A stretch of DNA of 64,000 nt, from NCBI GenBank assembly GCA_030390025.1, contig JASTWF010000523.1, positions 186,001 through 250,000 of the forward strand. The letters are read 5' to 3'. The notes below the pieces were generated by a model. The model did not search any database and was not told where the DNA came from. It was given only the letters and a program-made list of their open reading frames with translations. A program made the position numbers and the translations under genes. Origin of the DNA: Squalus acanthias. Taxonomy: Eukaryota. Numbering within the stretch: position 1 is the first letter of the stretch; each line of letters opens with the position of its first letter. Positions 40,001-51,759 of this stretch are shown in pieces.

Positions 40001-43000
40001 GGGACTGGATCTAAATTGTGATAATTGCAGTGGGATGTACACATGCTCGAAAATAACCAGACTGAAGCTAGCGTAAAATACCGTCACATTTTGGTATTCT
40101 GTGGCGGAATTGCCTCCATACTGTTCAGATGTGAAGTTGTCAGTGAATTATCACTAAGATTGAAGCTACTGTCTAACGGAAATCTTCAGTTTTGCTGAGG
40201 ATGTTAAGAGTCACTGTGTTGTGACTGAAGCCACATCTAGGCCAGTGCAGGTCTGAGTGACAGATTCTCCTCCCTGAAGACTATTTGTTTTTACAACAAC
40301 ACACGGTGCCGGGGAATGAGGGGTAAATGTCCTGGTCCTGGCCCACAAATTAATAGATTTATTGAATTCAGTTTCAATAACTGTCATGGAGAGAGGGGGC
40401 GGGGGATTTGAACTCTCAACCTCCGGTTACCAGACCAGTACATAAACACCAGGCTACCATATCCAGGCAGATTCACTCATCTCTTCGCTGAACAGAATGT
40501 TAAGGTTTACCAAAGAAAATAATGTTTATTTCAGTGGAATAATCCATTTACTTTCACAATAAACTACAAATTCATGCTCACTGGCAGAGACATTAATCTG
40601 TGTGTATTAACAAACCTTTATATTTCAGATTCTGCTGTGTGTGACTGGAACCAATTCAGTTCCAATTACAGTAATGGAAACAATATGATTAGGTTTAGAA
40701 TGGGAAAGGGACAAGGAACAATCAAAAGTGAAGATACCCAACTGGAAGAGGGTTCATTTCAGTCAGCTGAAAAGGGGTCTGGCCAAGGTGGATTGGAGAC
40801 AACGATTGGCCGGTAAAACAGTAAATGAGCAGAGGGAGGCCTTCAAGGAGGAGCTAGTTCAGGTACAGACTAGACACATTCTTATCAGGGCAAATGTAAG
40901 GGCATCCAAAGCTACAGCTTGCTGGATGACTGAAGACATTGAGGTTAAACTGAAACAGTAAAAGGAGGCTTATGATAAATGTCAGGTTCTTAATACAGTA
41001 GAGAACCAAGCCGAATACAGAAAGTGCAGAGGAGAACTGAAAAAGGAAATAAAAGGGGCAAAGAGTGTGTATGAGAATAGATTAGCAGATAACAGAAAAG
41101 GGAACACTGAAGTCTTTTACAAAAAAGGGTAGTCAAGAGAAGGGTGAGGCCAATTAGGGACCAAAAAGGAGATCTTCTTGTGGAGGCAGAGGGCATGGTT
41201 CAGCTACTGTACGAGTACCTTGCATCTGTCTTCACTAGAGAGGAGGATGCTGCCAATGCTGCAGTAAAGGAGGAGGCAATAGCGATATTGGATAGGATAA
41301 AAATAAATAAAGAGTTCATAAATGGTTGTCAGCGATCAAAGTAGAAAAGTCACCCGGTCCGGATGGGATGCACCCTCAGTTGCTGAGGGAAGGAAGGGTG
41401 CAAATTGCGGAGGCTCTGGCCACAATCTTCCAATCCTCCTTAGATATGGGAGAGGTGCCCGAGGACTGCAGGGTTGCAGATGTTTCACCCCATTCAAAAA
41501 AGGGGAGAGGAAAAACCCGGCAACTACAGGCCAGTCAGCCTAACGTCGGTGGTGGGGAAACTTTGAGACACAATAATCCGGGACAAAATTACTTGGCACT
41601 TGGAAAAATATGGGTTAATAAAGGAGAGCCGTCAAATTGTATCTGACTAACTTGATTAAGTTCTTTGATGAAATAATGGAGAGGGTCGATGAGGGTAGTG
41701 CAGTTGATGCTGTGTATATGGAATTTCAAAAGGCGTTTGATAAAGTACCACATGTTAGACTTCTTAGCAAAATTGAAGCTCATGGGATTAAAGGGGAAGG
41801 GGCTGTATGGATAGGAAATTAGCCAAGGAATGGAAAGCAGACAGTAGTGCTGAACAGTTGCTTTTGAGACTGGAGGGAAGAATACAGTGGTGTCCCCCAG
41901 GGGTCGGCGTTGGGACCACTGCTCTTTTTGAAATATATGAATGACCTGGAGAAACTGTTTGCACTGGCTGGTGGGTCAGTAACCAGAGGACACAGATAGA
42001 AAGGTAATTGGCAAAATAACAAAGGGGAAATTTGGAGAACTTTTTTTTACGCAGCGAGTTATGATCTGGAATGCACTGCCTGAAAGGGCGGTGGAAGCAG
42101 ATTCAATAGAAACTTTCAAAATAGATTCGGGTACATACTTGAGAAGGAAAAGATTGCAGGGCTAGGGGGAAAGAGCAGGGGAGTGGGATTAATTGGAGAG
42201 CTCTTTCAGAGAGCCAGCACAGGCACAATGGGCCGAATGGCCTCCTTCTGTGCTGTGTGATTCTATTATTCTATAAACCCAGTTTTCCTGTATTAAAAAG
42301 GTATTTACACATCTGGTTCAATGCACAAGTGTCAATGTTTCCTGGTTAATCCCAATATTTAGGCCAGAAAACTGCTCCCATGAGGCATCAGCAGATAACA
42401 GAGAATGTGAATGTTTGGAATTTGTCTCTTTCTACTTTCTCCAGATCATTTGAAGCTTTTTTTGTGAGGCCTCATTTTGATATTGTTGCCGAATGGGTGT
42501 GAAGGGCCAAGGCCCAGACAGGAGGCCTCCACCACGGTACAGAACAGACTAGAGAGGATGCAAATCATGAAGCTGTGATCAGGGGAGGCCACACTTGAGT
42601 TTTTAAAAGCTGTAGATTGTAGGAGGAGGAGAAAGCTGAGGGAGGCCAGGAGTTCGACAGCTCTGCAGTCCTGGGAAAGAATGAGTTACAGTCAGACTCA
42701 GTGGGTGACTCGGACTCCAACACGGTGAGGATCTGAAATCAGCTCAGGCTAAACACACTGGACCCTCAATGGATTAACAAAGAGATTGAAGTGAAATAAG
42801 AGGAGAAATAGCTACAAATCCTGCAGGGAGAAAGGAGAAGGGGTTCACTGGGATGAATATAGGAATGTGCAGGAACACCTTAAGCAGGTGATGAGAAGGG
42901 CCAGGAGAGGTCTCGGAAAATGCACAACAGCTGAAGTGAAACATTACAGTAAATAAACCTCAGTCCTACAGCAGTGACAGGAATGTCAGAGAATCGGCGA

Positions 43001-44555
43001 AAACCATAAATGATTCAAACAGTATCAGAACTGGGGGCAAGCACAAAATAGGAAATATTCCAAATGATCATTTCCTTGAAGTATTCATAAGGGAAAATGA
43101 TCAACATTCTCTCCCCCCACCCCCCGAACTAAATGGCTAAAAACAGTAGACGACAAGTCAGAGGAAGCCACGATCAAACTGCACGGTGCTCTGGTCAGAG
43201 CCCACCTTGAATACTGTGTCCAGTTCTGGCCATTGAGAAACAAGGGAGACATTTGAACACTGGAGGCAGATCGGAGAAGATCCACCAGACTCATCCCCAG
43301 TGTCAGGGTTCTGAGTGACGGGAAAAGACTGGAGAAACCTGGGATTTGCACCTGGAAAGGAGGCTTCTGAGAGGTGACCTTGTCGAGGTAGATATAGGTA
43401 GTTAAAGGAACGGAAAAGGTAAAGCTGAAATATTACTTTAAATTGTGAGAGTGGGACAAGTGAACACAGGTTCAAACTAGTAAAAGGTAAATGTGAGACT
43501 GGTAACAGCCAGTTCATCAAACAAAGAGTGATCAACACATGGAATGGACTCTGGACAGAGCGGGGGAGGAGAAAACCCTGGAGAGGTTTAAGAAACAATT
43601 GGAGGCCCAATGGGGGAAGTTAGGGTCTTTCTAGTTAAAATAAAATGGGCCGAACGGCCTTCCTCATCTGTAATTGTCTTGTGATCCAGGGAGGGGGAGG
43701 AGGGAATCTCAGGCCATGAGATAAAGTGTTGGTCCAGAGTCCCAGTGACACGTTCTACAGTGAATCTACACCCACAGTGAGCACTGTACAGATTGAGATG
43801 TAGAAGATCCCCAGTGTTCCCGAGACTGATTGTTCAGAATGAGAGTGAATGGATCGAGCATGGTTTCATTCCCTCCACAATCCAATCACAATACGGAACA
43901 TTAACTCCATGTACTCAAACTGAAGCAGCAATAACAGTTAAGAATCAATGTTAGTATTCTAAGTTTATAAATTAATTAAAAAGACATTTTACACGGGGAT
44001 GTAAATTTCTGAATAATTTTTGGTGACTATATTCAAAGATTCAGTTCTCTGTATCAATACCTACCGGCTACTGTTAGTTCAGCATCTCCTGCATGTCCCC
44101 AGGAACTGGAGCTCACGATGCATTTGTATTTACCCTCATCGGAGATACGGATGTTGCTTAGACGGACAGAGATATTTCCCTGATCGAATTTGTCCATAAA
44201 GAGCTCAGTCCTTCCACGGTAGTAGCTCGACCTTCCACGACTGCGTCCATTTATAACTAAAACTACAGTTTCTCGGTTATCTGCTTTTAACCATTCCAGT
44301 TCCATACTCGGAGGGTCAAAGCTCGGTGTGACCCGACAGTTCAGTGTGACGCTACTACCCACGGCCACTAGTACTGGGCTGTCTGCACCGGTCACTTTGA
44401 AGTCTCCTGTAACTGAAGAATGAATAGCATTTAAATACTGTCACAGCACACATTATACAGACAATCCAGACTTCATGCCTTTAATCCAGTCTCTTACCTG
44501 CTGCTGTAATCTGAATCTGTAACAATAGGAATGACGCCAGTAAGCGATTCTCCAT
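21517..44555 (-). CDS. Butyrophilin-like (BTN/BTNL-type) gene, spliced CDS: 44555-44498, 44406-44065, 39823-39539, 39390-39241, [candidate 38841-38774, 36270-36246], 26242-26216, 25679-25653, 22058-21517
   Basis: Seven core exons, all with AG/GT boundaries and phase-1 junctions, total 1431 nt (476 aa + stop) with no internal stop. Domain order leader-IgV-IgC-TM-27-nt exons-B30.2 is the butyrophilin architecture. Confidence 0.9.
22152..24224. repeat. 72-bp minisatellite (some 70-bp units), about 29 copies, in the last BTN intron
   Basis: Period 72; internal palindromes ACCTGCAGGT and CCGGTCCGGACCGG. Confidence 0.95.
24585..24617 (-). ncRNA. Minimal hammerhead ribozyme motif (- arm; sense to the BTN pre-mRNA)
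   Basis: Exact reverse complement of 24981-25013. Confidence 0.72.
24981..25013 (+). ncRNA. Minimal hammerhead ribozyme motif (+ arm of palindrome)
   Basis: CTGACGA-A-GGAGC(GATA)GCTCC-GAAAGCTTGTA. Confidence 0.72.
25653..25679 (-). CDS. BTN-like 27-nt exon preceding B30.2 (EREEITMFA)
   Basis: CTGTTTTTCAG acceptor, CAG|GTAAGA donor, phase 1-1; splices to give ...FAVTVTLDP. Confidence 0.82.
26216..26242 (-). CDS. BTN-like 27-nt cytoplasmic heptad-type exon (xLQKQLEDS)
   Basis: TTCTCTTCCAG acceptor, CAG|GTAAGA donor, phase 1-1, coiled-coil-like sequence. Confidence 0.82.
26420..27385 (+). mobile_element. L2 LINE 3' fragment with an internal 36-bp tandem expansion (26710-27105)
   Basis: L2 motifs (RPDYSN, HITP...LHWLP, GRAFS...LWNSLP); tail TATAAATACAAGTTGTTG. 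Confidence 0.85.
27765..29285 (-). mobile_element. Family-B LINE, degenerate RT
   Basis: [29 protein letters not shown] motifs. Confidence 0.88.
29460..30146 (+). mobile_element. CR1 5'UTR + ORF1 fragment (zinc finger, leucine zipper, start of esterase)
   Basis: CTSCAMW...[19 protein letters not shown]...VIVVGDSI. Confidence 0.82.
30147..30280 (+). mobile_element. tRNA-derived SINE head
   Basis: GGTAGCGTCGTGG A box and GAGTTCAAATCCC B box; similar decayed heads at about 36495-36580 (+) and 40320-40460 (-). Confidence 0.65.
30285..30655 (+). mobile_element. CR1 3' fragment
   Basis: [21 protein letters not shown] motifs and 3' tail. Confidence 0.8.
31458..31814 (-). mobile_element. PIF/Harbinger (HARBI1-like) DDE transposase remnant
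   Basis: [40 protein letters not shown]...LHNL matches the Harbinger nuclease C-terminal motif. Confidence 0.78.
32255..34266 (-). mobile_element. Family-B LINE, degenerate
   Basis: [30 protein letters not shown] motifs; (ATGA)n tail. Confidence 0.88.
34268..35945 (+). mobile_element. CR1 (+) interrupted by a minus-strand CR1 3' fragment (34357-35019)
   Basis: Host DFQKAFDK|VPH is split; TSD TAAGGT at 34351-34356 and 35020-35025. Confidence 0.88.
36246..36270 (-). CDS. Candidate BTN-like micro-exon (KCTMDKAG)
   Basis: Strong GTAAGT donor, AATTAG acceptor, 25 nt (phase 0-1); complements the 68-nt candidate (93 nt total, no stop). Confidence 0.38.
36612..38585 (+). mobile_element. CR1 LINE, 5'-truncated, frameshifted
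   Basis: Consecutive RT ORF fragments. Confidence 0.9.
38774..38841 (-). CDS. Candidate BTN-like juxtamembrane exon ([23 protein letters not shown])
   Basis: CACTAG acceptor, GTATGT donor, 68 nt (phase 1-0), open; keeps frame only together with 36270-36246. Confidence 0.4.
39241..39390 (-). CDS. BTN-like exon: transmembrane segment
   Basis: [39 protein letters not shown]...; the 'FFP...W' start is typical of BTN TM exons; acceptor TTTACAG, donor AAG|GTAAC; 150 nt. Confidence 0.88.
39539..39823 (-). CDS. BTN-like exon: IgC domain
   Basis: [12 protein letters not shown]...[16 protein letters not shown]...[11 protein letters not shown]; the CxSxGWYPxPxxxW motif is typical of BTN/B7 C domains; 285 nt, phase 1-1, TTTGTAG acceptor and CAG|GTCAGT donor. 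Confidence 0.93.
40680..42275 (+). mobile_element. CR1 LINE, degenerate, with internal deletion
   Basis: [22 protein letters not shown] motifs and 3' tail. Confidence 0.85.
42750..43685 (+). mobile_element. Old degenerate CR1
   Basis: [13 protein letters not shown]-like remnant and CR1 3' end. Confidence 0.65.
44065..44406 (-). CDS. BTN-like exon: B7/BTN-family IgV domain
   Basis: [20 protein letters not shown]...MELEW...[34 protein letters not shown]; acceptor TTACAG|GA, donor GCCG|GTAGG; 342 nt, phase 1-1. Confidence 0.93.
44498..44555 (-). CDS. BTN-like exon: signal peptide ([20 protein letters not shown])
   Basis: ATG at 44555 in context CACAATGG, hydrophobic core, phase-1 donor CAG|GTAAGA. 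An acceptor TTTACAG 8 nt upstream of the ATG implies a further 5'UTR exon. Confidence 0.85.
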
Positions 44556-44729
44556 TGTGGACCCTGTAAATTAGATCAGAGTTACCTGGATCAGTCACCC
44601 ATTGTTTCATGCTGCATTATTAACACCCTTTTCATATCACTGACAATAATTCTCATATCTTGATGTGAAAGGAAGAAACAGCTGGATGCTGCAACAGGAA
44701 GAAGGCAGGGCTGGTATTCCAGAAAGATA

Positions 44730-45878
44730 AAAGATTATTACACAAGATTAGGGCTCATGGGGTTGAGGGTAATATAGTAGCCTGGATAGAGGATTGGTTA
44801 ACGGACAGAAAACAGAGAGTAGGGATAAACGGATCTTTTTCAGGTTGGCAGGCTGTAACTAATAGGGTGCCGCAAGGATCAGTGTTGGGGCCTCAGCTAT
44901 TTACAATCTATATTAATGACCTAGATGAAGGGACCGAGTGTAATGTATCCAAGTTTGCTGATGATACAAAGCTAGGTGGGACAGTAAGCTGTGAGGAGAA
45001 CAGAGAGTCTGCAAAGGGATATAAGTGAGTGGGCAGTAAGGTGGCAGATGGAGTATAATGTAGGGAAATGTGAGGTTATTCACTTTGGTAGGAAGAATAG
45101 AAAAACAGAATATTTTTAAATGGCGAGAAACTTTCAAATGTTGGTGTTCTGAGAGATTTGGGTGTCCTCGTGCAAGAAACACAGAAAGCTAGCATGCAGG
45201 TACAACAAGCAAATAGGAAGGCAAATGACATGTTGGCCTTTATTGCAAAGGGTTGGAGAAGAAGAGTAAGGAAGTCTTGCTACAATTGTACAGGGCCTGG
45301 GTGAGACCACACCTGGAGTACTGTGCACAGTTCTGGTCTCCTTATCTAAGGAAGGATATACTTGCCTTGGAGGCGGTGCAACGAAGGGTCACTAGATTGA
45401 CTCCTGGGATGAGAGGGCTGTCCTATGATGAGAGATTGTGTAGAATGGGCCGATACTCTCTGGAGTTTGGAAGAATGAGAGGTGATCTCATTGAAACATA
45501 CAAGATTCTGAAGGGGATTGACAGGGTAGATGCTGAGAGGTTGTTTCCCCTGGCTGGAGAGTCTAGAACTAGGGGACATAATCTCAGGATAAGGGGTAGG
45601 ACATTTAAGACTGAGATGTGGAGGAATTTCTTCACTCAGAGGGTTGTGAATCTTTGGAATTCTCTGCCCCAGAGGGCTGTGAATGCTGAGTCTTTGAGTA
45701 TATTCAAGGCTGAGATCGATAGATTTTTGGACTCTAGGGGAATCAAGGGATATGGAGATTGGGCGGGAAAGTGGAGCTGAGGTCGATGATCAGCCTTGAT
45801 CTTATTGAATGGCGCAGCAGGCTCGAGGGGCCGTATGGCCGACTCCTGCTCTTCCTTCGAATGATTTTATGTTCTTAT
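44730..45878 (+). mobile_element. CR1 LINE 3' portion
   Basis: GVPQGS, FADDTK, EYCAQFWSP motifs. Confidence 0.9.
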
Positions 45879-46049
45879 AAAGAGAACAGGCTGAAGAACT
45901 CTCTTCATTCAAATCTGTCTGGGCGGTGAGTAAGTTTTCATTAAAATAACAGTGTGACTCTGATGTTTTATTTCAGTGCATTGCAGAAATGTGTGGGGAT
46001 CTATCCAGAAATCAGTGCTGCTCACTGATCAGAGTAATAAATGAATGAC

Positions 46050-48140
46050 TATAAGAACAATAGGAAGGATTCCAGTGAGAAAGAAAGATTTTAACAGAAG
46101 GGAGCACCATCCGTGGCTAACTAAGGAAGTAAAGGATGGTATTAAATTGAAAACGAAGGCATACAATGTTGCCAAGATTGGTGGGAGACCAGAGGATTGG
46201 GAAATTTTTAAAAACCAGCAAAGGATGACTAAAAAAATAAGAGAGAGAAGATGAATGATGAGAGTAAACTGGCAAGAAATATTAAAACAGATAGTAAGAG
46301 CTTCTACAGCTATATAAAAAGGAAGAGAGTAGCTAAAGTAAACGTTGGTCCCTTAGAGGATGAGACTGGGGAATTAATAATGGGGAACGGGGAAATGGCA
46401 GAGACTCTGAACAAATATTGTATATCTGTCTTCATTGTAGAAGACACTAACAACATCCCAATAATGGATAATCAAGGGGCCACAGGGAGGGGGGAACTAA
46501 AGACAATCACTGTCACTGAGGAAATAGTACTTGGTAAAATAATGGGACTAAAAGATGACAAGTCCCCTGGACCTGATGGCCTGCATCCCAGGGTCTTAAA
46601 AGAAGTGGCTGCAGAGATAGTGGATGCACTGGTTGTAATATACCAAAATTCCCTGGACTCTGGAGAGGTCCCAGCGGATTGGAAAACTGCAAATATAACA
46701 CCCCTATTTAAAAAAAGAAGGGAGACAGAAAGCAGGAAACTATAGACCAGTTAGCCTAACATCTGTCGTTGGGAAAATGCTGGAGTCCTTCATTAAGGAA
46801 GCAGTAGCAGGGCATTTGGAAAATCATAATGCAGTCAAGCAGAGTCAGCATGGTTTTATGAAAGGGAAATCATGTTTAACAAATTTGCTGGAGTTCTTTG
46901 AGGATGTAACGAGCAGGGTGGACAAAGGTGAGCCAGTGGATGTGGTGTATTTGGATTTCCAGAAGGCATGTGATATGGTGCCACATAAAAGGTTACTGCA
47001 TAAAATAAGAGCTCACGGAATTGGGGTAATATATTAGCATGGATAGAGAATTGGCTAACAAACAGAAAGCAGAGAGTCGGGATAAATGGGTCATTTTCCG
47101 GTTGGCAAACGGTAACTAGTGGGGTGCCACAGGGATCGGTGCTGGGGCCTCAACTATTTACAATCTACATTAATGACTTGGATGAAGGGACAGAGTGTAA
47201 TGTAGCCAAGTTTGCAGATGATACAAAGATGGGTGGGAAAGCAAGTTGTGCAGAGGACTCAAAGAATCTGCAAAGGGATATAGACAGGCTAAGTGAGTGG
47301 GTAAACATTTGGTAGGTGGAGTATAATGTGGGAAAGTGTGAGGTTATCCACTTTGGCAGGAAAAATAAAAAAGCAAATTATTATTTAAATGGAGAGAGAT
47401 TACAAAATGCTACAGTTCAGAGGGATCTGGGGGTCCTTGTGCATGAAACACAAAAAGTTAGCATGCAGGTACAGCAAGTAATCAAAAAGGCAAATGGAAT
47501 GTTGGCCTTTATTTCAAGGGGGTTGGAGTATAAAAGCAGGGAAGTCCTGCTACAACTGTACAGGGCGTTGGTGAGACCACACCTCGAGTACTGCGTACAG
47601 TTTTGGTCTCCTTATTTAATGAAGGATATACTTGCATTGGAGGCAGTTCAGAGACGATTCACTAGGTTAATTCCAGAGATGAGGGTGTTGAATTATGAGG
47701 AAAGGTTGAGCAGGTTGGGCCTATACTCATTGGAATTTAGAAGAATGAGAGGTGATCTTATTGAAACATATAAGATACTGAGGGGGCTCGACAAGATAGA
47801 TGCAGAGAGGATGTTTCCCCTCGTGGGGAAATCTAGAACTCGGGGGCATAATATCAAAATAAAGGGTCGCCCTTTTAGAACTGAGACGAGGAGGAATTTC
47901 TTCTCTCAGAGGGTCGTAAATCTGTGGAATTCTCTGCCCCAGAGAGCTGTGGAGGCTGGGTCATTAAATACATTTAAGGTGGAGATAGACAGATTTTTGC
48001 AAGATAAGGGAGTGAAGGGTTATGGGGAGCAGGCAGGGAAGTGGCTTTGAGCCCAAGATCAGCCATGATCTCATTGAATGGCGGAGCAGGCTCGAGGGGC
48101 CAAGTGGCCTGTTCTTGCTCCTATTTCTTATGTTCTTATG
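46050..48140 (+). mobile_element. CR1 LINE, about 2.1-kb 3' portion
   Basis: Near-continuous RT; (TTCTTATG)n tail. Confidence 0.92.
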
Positions 48141-49527
48141 ATACACTGGCCTTGGAGAAAGTACAGTGGTGATTGACCGGGGTGAACAGTTGGATGAAGG
48201 GCCTGAGTCATCATAAGAGACTGGGTGAATTCAGGTTCTATTCTGTGGAGATACAGTTAGAGGATGATCTGATCAATGTGTTGAAAATAATGAAGGGAAT
48301 GACGGGGTAGACAGGGGACGAGTTTCTGACTGCTAGGGATTCTAAAACAAGGGACAATCTTACAATAGAAATAAACAATTAAAAGCAAGTCCATGGGGGA
48401 AAAATTCACACAATGGGTGTGAGAATGAAGAATATAGTGTTCCAGAAGGACATAACCACAGAATTAGGCGAGGTGCTTAAAAGGTAGATAGTAACTAACC
48501 TAGTGAGTATGGCAAGATATGGAGAAACAGGGGAAAAGTTAGATTAAAAAGATATTATTGCTAACAAAATGGTGGAGCAGGCTCAGTGAGCTGAATGGCA
48601 CTGCCGACCTGGATTCTGGTTTGTAATTTTCTGTGTGACAGAGGGAAATATTTAAAGTCTTCTACCTGTTCAATCCAACCTAGCTATTTTTGTCTTGGGC
48701 CAGTTAAAGCCCAAGATCTTGAATTGAACAGCACCCTCTGTTTTCGGTAGATTTGTACTATATTTCACTGCAGGACAATGAGGAAAAGCACACTTCATCA
48801 CATGAGCGGGTTGTCCAATTTATGAATGAAGCCAAACCCCAAAATTTCAGCAAGAAAAAAAGAATATCCTGGAAACAGCAGATGAGGCAGCTTCTGTGGA
48901 GAGAATAGAGGAGCTGATGCTTCAGGTTTGAACGTTTCTTCACAAAGGAGTTCCTCCATTCCCTCCACAGGTGTTGCCTGACCTGGTGAGTGTTTCCAGG
49001 TGTTTCAGATTGCCAGCATTTACAGTTTTTTTACCTTTTGTTCCCAAGAATTTCTGTCCGTGTTATTCTCATTGGCCCGGATTTTGCTGAGCGGCAAAGG
49101 AAAGGCATTCGCTGTTCACCTCACGGACAGTTGCCCAGAGACTTTTCGCAGGTTTGTCAGCAGAGATTTCCTGTCTGATCCAGTGCGGCGCACTCCACAG
49201 GGGATCTGTGGCATCTGTGAGCAGAGCAAGCAGCAGAGAGGCTCCTCAACCAATCAGATTGAAGAATCCTCCCTGAGACACGCAGACTGCAAAGCAGGAA
49301 GTAAAAAACAGGAAATATGAATCACATTTAAATCATTGTACAGGAACAAAATAAAGATTGGAACATACACACAGGTTTAAGGGAGAGACGCAAGAGAAAG
49401 ACAGACAAACAATTAAAAAAAAACTAAAAAAAAAATGAGCAACATTAATTTTCTTGGGAGGGAATGAGACTCTACACCTGTAAAATTAAGTTTTCAGAGC
49501 TGGAGAGGTTGTTCAGCTATAATTATC

Positions 49528-51578
49528 TAAGAACATAAGAACTTAAGAAACAGGAGCAGGAGTAGGCTATTTGGCCCCTCGAGCCTGCTCCGTCATTCAA
49601 TAAGATCATGGCTGATCTGATCTCGGCCTCAACTCCACTTCCCTGCCCGCTCCCCATAACCCTTGACTCCCTTATCGTTCAAAAATCTGTTTATCTCCAC
49701 CTGAAATATATTCAATGACCCATCCTCCACAGCTCTCTGGGGTAGAGAATTCCAAAGATTCACGACCCTCAGAGAAGATTTTGTCCTCATCTCCATTTTA
49801 AATGGGCGACCTCTTATTCTGAAACTATGCCCCCTAGTTCTAGATTCCCTGACGAGGGGAAACATCCTCTCAGCATCTACCCTGTCAAGCCCCCTCAGAA
49901 CCTTATACTTTTCAATAAGATCACCTCTCATTCTTCTAAACTCCAGTGAGTATAGGCCCAACCTGCTCAACCTTTCTTCATAAGACAACCCCTTCATCTC
50001 AGGAATTAACCTAGTAAACCTTCTCTGAACTGTCTCCAATGCAAGTATATCCCTCCTTAAATAAGGAGACCAAAACTGTACGCAGTACTCCAGGTGTGGT
50101 CTCACCAATGCCCTGTACAGTTGTAGCAAGAGTTCACTACTTTTATAATCCATTCCCTTTGCAATAAAGGCCAACATTCCATTTGTCTTCATAATTACTT
50201 GCTGTACCTGCATGATAACTTTTTGTGTTTCATGTACAAGGACCCCCAGATCCCTCTGTACTGCAGCATTTTGTAGTCTCCCTCCATTTAAATAATAATT
50301 TGCTTTTTTATTTTTCCTACCAAAGTGGATAACCTCACATTTTCCCACTTTATACTCCATCTGGCAAATTTTTGCCCACTCACTTAACCTATCTATATCC
50401 CTATGCAGATTCTTTGCGCCCTCTTCACAACTTGCTTTCCCACCTATCTTTGTATCATCAGCAAATTTGGCTACATTGCACTCGGTCCCTTCATCCAAGT
50501 CATTAATATAGATTGTAAATAGTTGAGGCCCCAGCACTGATCTCTGTGGCACCCCACTAGTTACAGTTTGCCAACCTGAAAATGACCCATTTATCACGAC
50601 TCTCTGTTTCCTGTTAGTTAGCCAATCCTCTATCCCTGTGAATATATTACCCCCAACCCCATGAGCTCTTATCTTGTGTAGTAACCTTTTATGTGGCACC
50701 GAATGCCTTCTGGAAATCCAAATACACTACATCTACTGGTACCCCTTCATCCACCCTGCTCATTACATCCTCAAAGAACTCCAGCAAATTTGTCAAACAT
50801 GATTTCCCTTTCATAAAACTATGCTGACTCTGCTTGACTGTATGATGATTTTCCAAAGGTCCTGCTACTACTTGCCTCAATAATGGACTCCAGCACTTTC
50901 CCAATGACAGATGTTAGGCTAACTGCACTATAGTTTCCTGCTTTCTGTCTCCCTCCTTTCTTGAATAGGGATGTTACATTGCGGTTTTCCAATCCGCTGG
51001 GACCTCTCCAGAATCCAGGGAATTTTGGTAGATTACAACCAATGCATCCACTATCTCTGCAGCCACTTCTTTTAAGACCCTAGGATGCAGGCCATCAGGT
51101 CCAGGGGACTTGTCCACCTTTAGTCCCATAAGTTTGCCTAGTACTTTCTCTCTAGCGATGGTGATTGTTTTAAGTTCCCCCCTCCCTATAGCCCCTTGAT
51201 TATCTATTATTACTGGGATGCATTTAGTGTCTTCTACCATGAAGACACATACAAAATATTTGTTAAAAGTCTCTGCCATTTCCCTGTTTCCCATTATTAA
51301 TTCCCCAGTCTCATCCTCTAAGGGACCAACATTTACTTTAGCTACTCTCTTCCTTTTTATATACCTGTAGAAGCTCTTACTCTCTGTTTTTATATTTCTT
51401 GCTAGCTTACTCTCATAATCTATCTGCTCTCTATTATTTTTTTAGTCGTCCTTTGCTAGTTTCTAAAAATTTCCCAATCCTCTGGCCTACCACTAATCTT
51501 CGCATCATTGTATGCCTTTGTTTTCAATTTGATACCATCCATAACTTCCTTAGTTAGCCACGGATGGTTCGTTCTTTC
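49528..51578 (-). mobile_element. CR1 LINE, about 2-kb 3' portion, inserted in a MITE-like element starting near 49071
   Basis: 356-aa RT ORF plus fragments; short TSD TTATC on both sides. Confidence 0.9.
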
Positions 51579-51759
51579 TTATCACTTATTATGCTGTTAA
51601 AAACTCAGATACTCCTGATTGGACAAGCCCTAAATTTTTCAGCTGTCTTTAGAGTGAGAATAGTGGGTAATTAGCCTAAGTTCACACCATACAGTGATCG
51701 CTGTGCATATTCCATCGGCGAAGACTGCAACAGCGCAGCCTGTGGAGGAGCAGGGTATC

